A stretch of DNA of 64,000 nt. Source: Gonapodya sp. JEL0774 (taxonomy: Eukaryota). The notes beneath the pieces are model-generated. The model searched no databases, was not told the origin of the DNA, and was given only the letters and a program-made list of their open reading frames with translations. The position numbers and the translations under genes are program-made. Below, one piece after another: positions 37,908 through 49,381 of this stretch. Each line of letters starts with the position of its first letter. Position 1 is the stretch's first letter. The stretch spans positions 62,001-126,000 of the forward strand of contig JADIIX010000034.1 of NCBI GenBank assembly GCA_027604505.1, given 5' to 3'.

Positions 37908-39084
37908 ATGCTTCAAGGACTTGAACAATCCAACTCCTGCAAGGTCAAGCTGGCAATCTTAAACTGCGACGTGAATGAGGGCCCAATCGCCGCAAAGTGG
38001 GGCCAAAACGATGACATGTGAGCGTTGAAACGCACAAACGAAAACTGTGAGACCAGACCCAAAATGATGTCGCTACCCCCAGTTATTCGAAGTACTTCAA
38101 GGACGTCGGTCACCGCTTTTTCCCCAGCTGGGATATTTCCCTCGAGAACTACCAAACTTGGTGAGCATCTTCCAAGCTCTTGCACCCAACACTCTCCAGG
38201 CCTAATGGTATGGATGCTTCTCCTGGAACGTCTTTGCACTTGCTCAAGTCCTGATGGCACCCTTCCGACTCCGGAGCAACTTGCCACCATCGACGCGCTC
38301 CTTCTCACAGGGTCCCGGCACGATGTCTGGGAAGATCATCCATGGATGCCTCCACTGTTCGAGTTCATCCGGAAATATAGCCCCCTTAAGCCGTTTGTAG
38401 GTATTTGTTTCGGACACCAGGCTATCAATAAAGCGTTGGGTGGCCAGGTTGGTCCGATGGGTTACTCTGAGGTGAGCGAACCTGGCACGGTTGAGAATAT
38501 TGCGCAGCAAACTCTAACTCTCTCACTGCTTTCTACAGAATGGGCTACACAGGTGAGATAACCCTTGCAACTTCGACAACGAATCGAACTCCTGCTAAAC
38601 ATGGTGCTCGATTATCAGAGTCGCACTGAGCGAAGACGGCCGTTCAGTTCTTGGCACCTCCAAGGAATTTATTGACCTCCATTTTCTTCACGGAGTGAGT
38701 GCTAGACCATGGCGATCTTTGTGCTTGGCTGAACTCCCTCTGCACGGTTTCGTGAAGGCGCATGTTGCAACAGCTGCTCCCTCGCTGAGAGTCTTAGGAT
38801 CCTCTCAGCTATGCTCTGTCCAATCCACCTTTCTTCCCAACCGTGTACTCACTCTCCAGGCCCACCCAGAATTTTCTGAGGAAATGTCCTACGCCTACGT
38901 CAAGTTCGTGGGCGAAGTTCTTCACAAAGATGAGAGTGCAAATCTCGCAGGAATGCTCGAGGAGGGCAAGGACACTTTCCGCCATGTAGACAGGTTTTGG
39001 ATGGGAGCGAAACTCTTATCGTTTGCCGCAACTGGACAAATTATCACAGATTCTGAGCTGCAAGCACTCCACAATCTCCAATAA
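37908..39084 (+). CDS. Class I glutamine amidotransferase-like protein (GGP/YLR126C-like gamma-glutamyl hydrolase family), intact triad
   Basis: LAILNCD, LLLTGSRHD..W, VGICFGHQ (Cys codon TGT at 38406-38408), HFLH and LQAHPEF. Confidence 0.9.
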
Positions 39085-39253
39085 GTTCTTGTACACTACG
39101 AAAAACATATATCTCTTTGACATAGAATTATATTTGTGAGGTTTCGGGTTGTTTGGTTTAGAAATTTGTGACTCCCGGTTCCGTGCAAGAACGAACAGTG
39201 TGGCTGCTCGCTGGACAAAGACCGGCTTCGCGCGAATCGTCGATACGACCACG

Positions 39254-42200
39254 ATGACTGAAGTTCGGCGAAGCTTTAGCTTTGATGGGCTGAAGCGATC
39301 TTTTTCTCGAGCGGCCACCGACAGGCGACCTGGGACTCCAGGGTCCCGTTCAGTTTCGAATCGCTACCCACCAGGTGTTCCTTTTCTGACCGTATACACG
39401 GTTCCGCTTGAGCCTTTCACCGTACAGTTTCGATTGGCGGCTAGGCTGAAAGGTAAGACCCTCAATCGTTGGAGAAACGCAATTGCCATGGGACTAATGG
39501 CAACCCTTTCCCTTTAGCCATCCCATATTACAAACTCGTGATGCTCCCTGGCAAGTAGTAGCATCGTTCAGAAGAGAAGATGGAGGAGAATCGTATGTCC
39601 AGATATTGACATCAATCTTCTTGTGCAGAACCAAAACCCACGTGGTTTTCAGAAGGTGTTGTGTGACAACCTTCTCAAAAAGTATGTCGTTTCAAAAGGT
39701 TTCTAAAAATGCAATATTTTATGTTTTAGCTTCGCCTGATGGAAAGCTTCCCCTCGTCCGTATTGACCATAAACACATCTTCAATGATGTCCTCTCCGCC
39801 ATCACTTACATTGATGGCACTTTCGCGGATGCCCCCGGTCGACCTCCCCTCTACCCAGCCACAGAAGACAGAAATGAAGTGGATGCGTGGGCGAATTTCG
39901 TAATGTCGGAGTTTGTGCCGAACTTCGAGAGGGTTCTCTTGAACGGAGGCGGGATAGTTCAAGCGCGTCATAGGCCGTTGCTCAAGTCTGCCTTCGACAG
40001 GATTGGACAACAACTCCGTGTTTCTGGCGGGCCGTGGTTTTTTGGGTCCCATTACTCTCTATTGGACGTTTTGATCGCGCCATTTGCTGCAAGGCGACCC
40101 ATGATGATTTATCTGCGAAGCTGGGATGGAGTTACAGCTGGGGATACTCCGTTGCTAAATTATCTGGACCGTCTTGTTGATAGTGATGGCTACCGGGAAG
40201 TGGGACACCCTCTTGAGGCAATGAAAGCGAGTTTCAAATCAAGAATGACCTGGTGTGTTGCAGCACGAACGGCCACCTCCTGATTTCGACTCAAGAGACA
40301 CTTATGCTATTGTAGGCTTCTTCCCCTCTCTATTTATCGAATGGAGCACGATTCTCAACGGTACGGTTTCCCAACCAACGGGACTCTTCTTGTTCCCTGT
40401 TAAATCGTTCTCGTTTGGCGATCAAAAGGGCCCTGATGAATCGATGCCTCGAAGTTCTCACATCAATCCGAGTCCCCACGGCCATGTCCACGCCAACCGA
40501 TGTCCAGAACTCTATATCCCAGTTACTCCATCTCCGTGTTTTGTATGGGAAACTCTCCGATTTCGTCATTTATCATACTCATTCTGAGGAAGCTCTTTTG
40601 TACCCTAAGCTGGGATCTGTGGGCTTGCGTGAGTTATGAAATTGGAGACACTTTGTGTTTAGCGGTTTCCCATCTCATATCGTGCCGGCAATCCAGCTCC
40701 CGAGAGCATTGAGGCAGCGCTTTCCGATCACAAGCGGGAAAGGGGCAATATGATTGTGGGTCCTTTGAAACAAGTGGGCTCGAGTTCCTCTAATTTCTTG
40801 TTTTCACTAGACAATCTATAGCCTCATCGACGCCGCAATTGCGAGTCTCAACGTCACAACTCTTCGAGCTTTATACGAAGTATTTCCTTCCGTCTGCACC
40901 TCCCTCAATGACCATTTACAAATGGAAGAGGCTGAAGTTCTACCTTACATCCAGGACTTGTCGCCAGAGGTATGGGTAACGTCGAGAAACTGTGATCGGA
41001 TGCGAGTTTTCATTTTTTTTTGGTATTCCATCTCTTCAGTCACATGCTGAGATTGTTGGCCTCATATACAAACATTTCGGTGCTCGTCTGTTACCTCTCC
41101 TTGCACATTTGCTTGGGGGCTTGAACCCCCCCCAACGGGCACAGTATGTTCTGAATTTGCAACAGGTACTGGGAGTGCGATCCGACGAGTACGCAAGGGT
41201 TCTCGCTCAAATAAAGAAGGATATGCATGACTATGAGTGGCGAGACATCGTGGAGCGGGTCCCTGGTTTGCACGAAGCCATCGGATCAATTCAACTTCCG
41301 ATTGTAGCTGGAGTGAGAGTTCAATCTACGATGGCTCTCATTGACAGCGCAGAGAATAATGAACTTAATGGCCACTACGCGAGTCGAGCTGATGTGATTG
41401 CAGGAGCTGGCTCTCCGTGGCAAGCACCGCGCATTGTCAGAATTGGGCTAGTTGTTTGCGATGAACTGGACACCCAGGAAACCGAGCAGTGGGGCCGATT
41501 AGATAACATGTGAGCAATGCAAGTGGGGCTTGTTGCCTTTTGTTGGTGGTGAACTGATGAGATCTCCTCGTTCTTTGTCACATAGGTTCGAAACCTACTT
41601 CCAAGCCATTGCAACAAAACTGTTTCCGACATGGAGCCTCGTAATGAGAGTGTTCCCTGTCTGGTGAGTCCTTCGAGGTCTACCCCCCGAATCGAGTCTC
41701 ATTTCCTTTTATGACATCAGCCCACACGGCGTTCTTCCCACAAATGTGGAGCTTGATGTAAGTGTGTCCTAGCGCCATGGTTTCATGAGATCGGATAACA
41801 ATGTCACTGTGATGACAGGCACTTGACGCTGTCGTAATAGCGGGCTCAAAGTACGACGTTTTCGACGACGTTCCATGGATTCGACCGCTTTTCGAATTCG
41901 TGAAGCAAAACTATCTTGTAAAGAGATTTGTTGGTGTGGGTTTTGGTCACCAAGTAGTGAACGCTGCTCTTGGTGGCAAGGTAGAGCAGATGGGATTTAC
42001 CGAAGTACGCCTCCAATCTTTGCGGATTCAACACACTGATGAATTCACGGCCGGTGTGTTCCTTGTTTTGCAGGCAGGTCATCAATCTGTTCACCTCACC
42101 GATATTGGTCGCAGCTATCTGCGAACGTCTCGCGAAAAGTTCGACCTTCACTTCCTGCATACGGTGGGTATCTGCAACTACTTATGGAACTTCTATTCAT

Positions 42201-42603
42201 GGTTAACAAAACCTGCGCACTATCCAATCAGTCCCATGTTCGCGAACCCGCACCAATGCTTACGGTTCTCGGTTCTTCTTCGTTGTGTGGTGTCCAAATA
42301 ACGACACTCCAGAGACGAATCCTCACTTTTCAAGCTCATCCAGAATATCCCGAGGATTATGCATATCTCTATTTGCAGTATCTTGGGAGAACCAGCGGGC
42401 AAAACTATCTCGAAGAACTAACAGGGATGTTGGAAAGTGGTGCAGAGGAAGCTACAACGGGCAACCTGAAGCCTGTTGATCGCTGGTGGTTAGGGGCCAA
42501 AATCGTGACTTTCTTGGCGACAGGAGACGTACTTCCGGACAATGAACTGTCGGGTTTGATAACTCACCCTAGCAGCGACGCAAATGGTCGCCTTAATAAC
42601 TAG
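39254..42603 (+). CDS. Fusion protein: GST N and C domains + hemerythrin (HHE) domain + GAT1-like domain lacking the catalytic Cys
   Basis: Exons from the GST C domain onward splice in frame. GST part: KPTWF..SPDGKLPLV..SAITYID and GPWFFGSHYSLLDVLIAPF. Hemerythrin ligands: MEHD, HTHSEE..YPKL, DHKRE and DHLQMEE..LP. GAT part: IAGSKYD..W, VGVGFGHQ and FQAHPEY. Confidence 0.8.
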
Positions 42604-42844
42604 TCCCATCAATTTTGCTTTTATTACTGATCATTTTTGAGCATTATGATTCCCATAATCTATGTATGGACTGATTGCGTAATATATTATTGAGGCAAGG
42701 GAAACCAACAACGTCGGACTCATCCATCTGTTCGATGGTCTGTTCCGGAAGTTCTCGCCGGGGTTCCGCTTAAAGTTCCATGCTACATTTACATAATGAC
42801 TGTCCATTAATGAACTTCACCGTGTACATAACTGTGAGTAAAGA

Positions 42845-44303
42845 TTACAATTTCCCTTTTCCTTTGGGGGTGAGGCACGCTGGCACCGGTTTGGCGCCGA
42901 ACGCATCCTTTGGGAAACCATCCGCATGAGTTGAGACCGTTCATGGTCGAAACAAAACATGTAGAAACTCACCGCCCAGGCTTTGTTTCCCTGCCCGAAC
43001 CACTTTGTCCACAATTTAGCCATAGTTCCATCCTCGATCATCGCGGTGAGGACTTTGTCGCAGGCGACTCGCACATCAGAAGGACCTGGGCGGACAGCAG
43101 CACCGCGAGACTTGGAGAAGGCAAGAGCCCAGATTTGACGGGTTTGGGTGGAGAGGACAGCTCTTCAAGGCAACGTGTAAAACCCGTGGTAGTAAGAACA
43201 TGTGGAAATGAATACACTTCTATTGTGGCTTACCGATATTTTCCTGTTTCGATGTACTTTGGGAAGGCAATTTCGTCGTCAATGACACCATCTGTCTCGC
43301 CCTTGTCCATTGCTGCAACCATATCACCTAACAAACCACACAACAAGGGGGTCAAGTTCAGTCCACAAATGAGTTGCATATTCAATTTCGCGCAGCTCAA
43401 AATCAATATATTCAGGCAACAAATAAGAATTCTGTTGGTTCGCATTACTCACCGAGCACATCGGCGGTGGCACCATCGAATCCGACGAGTTTCACCACTG
43501 ACCCTTTACCCGTACCACCCAGCTGGCGATCCCATTGCTCACCAAGAGCCATGTTGGTGGAGTCTATTTGTGATAGTTGTGGTGTAAAAGGTCGCACATT
43601 TCAATTTTCTGGATCCGACTAAACTCTTGGCATACACCAACCTGTGATGGCACCAATCCTCTTACCCCGAAGAGTCTCAGCATGGTTTCGAATAGGAGAG
43701 TCGGTGCGGACAAGGAGGCATTCGTCGAATTCGCCGTATGGGACAGACTTTGGATCACAGGTTTGAAATAGGGAATGGTGAAGTTCGCTGAATCAAGCCC
43801 CCAATAGTTCAATACCCACAAAGTCGATGTATGTCTTTCGTTTTTCTGTAATGGCCTGTTAATATTGGGTGATCGGTTTGAGACGTTCGTATCTGAGCTC
43901 AAATCTATTTCGAATGCCTGAAATGACCCACCTGGCCAATAAAGATAGCATCCACCAAGCCATCATCACAAGAACTACGGAACTGTGGTAGTTCACGGGA
44001 TACCGGTGAGACGGCGGCCCTCGGCAAGGAGTTCCATGTGGCCAACAAACCTTGTCCCAATCCTTCTGGACCCAAACGATCTTCACGCCGAGCCTTTTCC
44101 CGAGCTCTGTGGCGACTTCAGCATCATACCCGTGGTGTTTTCCGTCCGGAGTCTTGTTCAATGTAGTGCAGAATGTTGAGATACCGCTACATATTCCACA
44201 AAATGCCAATAACGCCGACACGTACGATCCAGTGCGCAGGAGGGAGGTCGAATCCTCCGAAACCGAACGTAAGCTGGCCAGGGATGACAGTTCCAGAAAC
44301 CAT
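42845..44303 (-). CDS. Bacterial-type solute-binding protein family 3 (amino-acid PBP2 fold), no signal peptide, multi-exon
   Basis: TVIPGQLTFG..DLPP, HGYDAEVATELGKRLGVKIVWVQKDWD, AITEKRKTYIDFSVPY, LRGKRIGA, AMDKGETDGVIDD and AMIEDGTMAKLWTKWFG. Ends KGKGKL-stop. Confidence 0.82.
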
Positions 44304-44765
44304 TGTGACTGAGAATAAGGGAAGAGTTACTTCTATTGGCACCAAAGCCGATCACTCTGACAGCGGTGAAATGCGGCCCGACTATGTTTATGAGATCGGA
44401 CATATATCATTTTGTTTCTTGTAGATGTTACTCCAGAAAACATCGGATTTTCCTGTCGAGTCTGTGTGCCAACGGGAACTTTGTTTACGACGAGCGGTCG
44501 TTGTTGAAAGGCGAATCTCAAGTCAAATATGAGGCATGAAAGCAGAGAATTGCTTCTACCTTTATCCTATCCTCCCACCTCATTCAGCCGCAGTCTGACC
44601 GACACCGGCACCAGTCGAACACGCAAACACACGAATGCAGGTGGAAGGCGACGAATGCTGTGCAGTGATCGGGTGACGTACTAATCCATTTGAATCAACC
44701 GATAACAAGGGCGATATCTTTATTGTAGCATGGAGGATGCAGCTCAGGCTTGCTAGTGTACCATT

Positions 44766-46195
44766 CTACTCCTCCTTGACTACCATATCCGACACCTTTT
44801 TCCCCTCCGCTCGTTCCCTTTCCCATGCGTAGTAACCGCCGTCAGTCTGACCAAAAACATCGTCCCAGAATCGGAAGTAGATCAGTGAGTATGCCCCACT
44901 GTTGTGCGAGTGGTGGAAATTATCTAGCGACATGAACAACAGAAGGAAAGTGTCAAGGACAAGTTCGTCAAAGTCCAAATCATGGTAAATTCCACTCACG
45001 AAAACCCGCTGAAATGAACGGCCAAGAGTTGAAGGGCATAAATGGCAAGTTGTACCCGCAGTGCATGTTGATGTTCTAAGTTGGGGCAAAGAATGTATCA
45101 TTAAAAAGCGCATGCGAACCTGACAAACTTCGCTTCAGACTTACGATCATCTCCATAATGACTTTTGACATCAACAGCCATTCCACGTAAGTCATTTTCA
45201 AGACGCAAGCTGAAACAGAGTAGAATTACGATATAAATTTCGTGAGATGAGACGGCAAGGAGACTTGGAACCGTAGACAGTGACCATGGTCACTAATCGC
45301 AACACTCACGGACGAGCCAGAGAGGGAGAGTCTGAAAAAATCCCTCAACGTCCCCACCGTAGAAGCATGCGTACACTGACGAGACATTGAATTCATGCTG
45401 GAACCATTGGCGAGTGACGCGGAGGATTGAGGGCGTTGTCGAATGGAAGAAAAATACAGTGGTATCTCACGTGCTCTTTATGGAGATTTTTGTAGAGAAA
45501 TGGGTACTCGTGCACCGTTCGATGGTACCAGTACGCGTACACGTCGGCAATAACCATTCCAAGGAGTAGTCGAGGTAGTGCTTCCGTCAATGTCGGGAGC
45601 TCAGTGAGTTTCATTCCATTCCAGCCGTAGAAGATGTAGTAGACGAGGATCTCATTGACCATCTTGAGGAGGGAAGAAATTTGGTCGATGTGTGATAATC
45701 TCGGTGCCGCCTTCCCTGAAATGGGAAGAAACCACCATACTCACGTTAAAGCTCATTCTTCCAAACACCAAGCTCGAAAGACCCTTCCGCTCCAACTCCC
45801 AGCTTGGTCTCTTTCCTTGAAGAATTTTGTACTTTTGGAACCATTTCATGTTGTCGCACTTTCAAGCAGGCATTGTCAGCGGAAACAAATTGATATTCAT
45901 CAATCTCACTCGACTGCCCCCTGCGGTACGTGCTTACTCACCGCTGTGAAGAATATGGCCCCTGGAACGACAATCATCATGTCCACGATTGCAGCGACCG
46001 CCTGAAGTTGCGCATTCGTTCCGAAAAACAATGAGCTGCGCGTCCGTGAGTCGTGAAACGAAACAAGGGCTTGGTATGACGCAAACCCACAGCAAACATG
46101 AATGCTTCAGGGAACTTGGCAGTGAGGTAGTTTGTCACATTGACTGAGGTTCGTAGAGCCACAGAAGTGAATGTTCCGTAGAGTTGAGCGGCCAT
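44766..46195 (-). CDS. Fatty acid hydroxylase / sterol desaturase family (ERG25-like) membrane di-iron oxidase
   Basis: His boxes YWYHRTVH, LYKNLHKEHH, MHCGYNLP and FHNFHHSH, plus FRFWDDVFG. Confidence 0.85.
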
Positions 46196-46543
46196 GGAGA
46201 GTGCGAATTCGTCGCAGTAGAGGTTCAGTTTGCGCGATCGGTGGCGGTTTCACGTAAAAGCTGAATTTTCGAGCGGAAAGAGCATTCAAATGGTCAGATC
46301 AACCTCCGGCATTTCCATTCATCTAACATGTGAATGTTCTCAAGTTCAACAGACCGAATATACTTGGGAACTCCACACACACGGAGACAAAGATACCAAC
46401 AGGCAGTTATCACTTTTTTGGGACCGGCTTGCTTGTAGAATCTTCTTATCGTCTTGCTGTTGAGGATAAATCGTTCCTTCGGGCCAAAACCCGATCAGTT
46501 GAGTGCGGCGCCTTCGGGCCGTGAAGTGAGTTGGATGCCTCTC

Positions 46544-46550
46544 TATAAAA
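46544..46550 (+). promoter_or_regulatory. Probable TATA box of the GS-like gene
   Basis: TATAAAA about 125 nt upstream of the ATG, followed by a pyrimidine-rich leader. Confidence 0.5.
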
Positions 46551-46672
46551 ACCTTCAGCCAATCGAATCCAACAACATCCAAACGTTTCCATCTTTTGTT
46601 TCTTTTTGAATTCTACTTCCGCCTTCGTCAGCTACTTCGACCCCTCTCAACTCAATCAACCCAATCATCGCC

Positions 46673-49049
46673 ATGACTTCCGACCTTGTCCTTGCGCAAA
46701 TCACCCCAAAGAGCAAGCCCTCCAGCGACCTCGAGAAGGAGGTCAGGGAGAAGGTTGCGAAAGCTGGCAGCAAGTTCATGAGGCTTATTTGGGTGAGGGG
46801 TGGCTCTTTCTTGGTATTCTCCGTCGACTGTTCGTTTTGACCCAATGGTCATGACACGGTAACATCCCATCCGTGATTGGAATATGGCCATCTCAGACCG
46901 TGAGTAAATAAGGACGATGCTCTCAGGTTTAGATTTCATTCAAAGTGTTGACGGTCGTTTCCCTCGGCATAACCCGAAATCTGTTTGTCATTTCAACACC
47001 ATCCGGATCGCATCTCCACTAGGATTACTCGTGAGTAAAATCTTCAAATCATTCAGTAGTTCGTTTTTTTGTGTCACTAATGACAATTTCGCCTTGTTTT
47101 GGTGACTTTTTGGTCGTCTTCACTTTGACACTTGATGAATTTCAAACAGTGCCCTTGTCCGCGCCCGCGTTGTCGGTCTCGGTCGCTTCTTCGACTCCGT
47201 TACACCCAAAGGTACTCCTGTTTTTGGTGGAGCTATGGCTCTGCCTATTATGTACGACAGTGTACCCGCCGAGCTTGGTGATGCCGGCGTCTCGGGAGGT
47301 GTGGTGATGAAACCCGGTGAGTGTCCGAGATCGCTACTGCATTTGCTTGCGGGGATATTTAGTTTGATTTGACTTCTCCCGTGGGATTCCATCACCGGCC
47401 TGATAAATTTATCCGCGATTTAGACTTCAAGTCTTCCAAGCCCTGCCCCTGGTACCCCCAGCACTACATGACGATGGGTAACTTGTTCATTCCTGGTGAG
47501 TGAATATGGTCAGTAATGAGCTTCCCGGTCAAGCACTGACACATCTTTACCTTCTCTTCCGAACCCAGATGGTAAGGGTGGTCACATTCCGTGGTCTCTG
47601 TGCCCTCGTGGCTTCCTCCAGAAGCAGCTCGATCGCATGAAAGCCCAATATGGCTACGACATCGTTGCCGGTGTTGAGAACGAGGTTTGAGTCCAGATTG
47701 ATACGATCGTCACCGTCAAAGTTCTCACGTGTCACACTTCTTAACCATTCATCAGTTCATTTTGTACAAGTCTGTTGACGAGAAGGGTAACGTCACCCCT
47801 GTGAACATCGCCAACTATTCCGAAACCGCTGGTCTGCGTGGCAATATGGCCGGTCTTATGGATGAGATTGTTGAGGGTATCATGGAAGGTAACATTCCAA
47901 TGGGCCAGTACCACACCGAATGTGCGGACGGTCAATACGAAATTACCACCGGTGAGTCTATGGGGTTTCAAGGAGGCTGTCTTTCACGAGTTCGCTGACA
48001 AAAGCTCTACCTGGCAGCTCCCATGGAAGCTATGGAATTGGCCGATGCTACCATCTACATCCGTGAAGTTATTCACGGCGTCTGTGCCAAGCACGGTGTC
48101 CAGGCGACCTTCTCTCCCAAGGTGTTTGCCGACCAGGCAGGGTCTGCCTCGCACATCCATTTCTCTTTCCGCGACGCAAACGGTAAGAACGTCTACCCCG
48201 ACCCCAAGGAGAAGTACGGCATCAGCAAGCACGGTCAGCAATTTATGGTGAGTTTCATCAGTCTATGGTAAAAGACAAGTCTGTGTTCATCTCTGCCCGT
48301 CATTGAAACAGGCTGGTATCCTCGACGCTCTGCCCTCGTTGATCGCCATCACTCTTCCTAGCGCTGCTTCATACAAGCGCGTTGTCCCAAGTGCCTGGGC
48401 TGGTGTCTACACGGCTTGGGGAATGGAGAACAAAGGTGCGGATCTTTGTTCCCTCGCACCGAAAATCCCTTCACTGATGCGATTGCCATTGTTGAAATCG
48501 CGGACTGCAGAGACCCCCGTACGCGTAACTGAAGACACCTATGGTGTTGTCAACAATGTTGAGGTTAAGGCAGTTGACGGAACAGCTAACATGTAAGTAC
48601 ATGTTCGTGTTTCTATCCAACTACACTACAGAGTATTGATAGTCATATGACCATTAAATCAGCTACCTCGCACTCGGTGCCATCATTGCTGCCGGACTTG
48701 ACGGTATGGAACGTGGCCTCGAACTCCCCACCAACACCCAATGCGACCCCTTCGTCCTCTCGGAGGAGGAGAAGAAGGCCCGCCGGATTGTCCCTCTCCC
48801 CAACACATTTGCCACTTCTATTGCCACGTTCAAGGCTAACCCCCTGTGGAAGAAGGTCATGGGTGAAGAGATGTACAACATGTTCATTGCAGCACGAGAG
48901 AACGAGATGGAGTACTTCTCGAAGGCATCCGACGAACAGCTGCGGTTCTTGCACGTGACTAGGGTGAGTCGAGGCTTCACCGCTGATGTGGTTGGGTTCA
49001 TTGACTGATAATTGATTCTCACCCATACTCTGCCGCCTTGTAGTACTAA
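46673..49049 (+). CDS. Glutamine-synthetase-like protein (GSI-like, FluG/NodGS/PuuA-type gamma-glutamyl ligase), stand-alone, multi-exon
   Basis: RLIWTDYSALVRAR, LCPRGFL, AGVENEF, YHTECADGQYE, FSPK..QAGSASHIHFS, SYKRVVPSAWAG..WGMENKETPVR and VEVKAVDGTAN.YLALGAIIAAGLDG. Strong C-ending codon bias. Confidence 0.9.
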
Positions 49050-49381
49050 TTCCATTGCCCTTCCCGCTTCCGACGTCATTCCCTTCATTCTTGTATCTAA
49101 GTCGGATTACCCTTTCATTTGCGTCTATCCGATGGAGATATACTTTATTTGTTGTGTCCGCGTAGTTTGAGAATTTGGAATGTGCAGTTACTTGAATGTG
49201 CAATTGCTGTGTATGGACTTCAGGCTATGTCAATGTGTCAATCGCTGGAGGTGAGGGGATAAATAATCAACAAGACTGTCGTTCAACATGAATCCGTTTC
49301 AATTTGTAACCCATTTTCCAGCCTTCTCGACGATCCCATCTGCCTTCTTCACGGGTTTATCTGGACTTCCGGCAACGCGAC

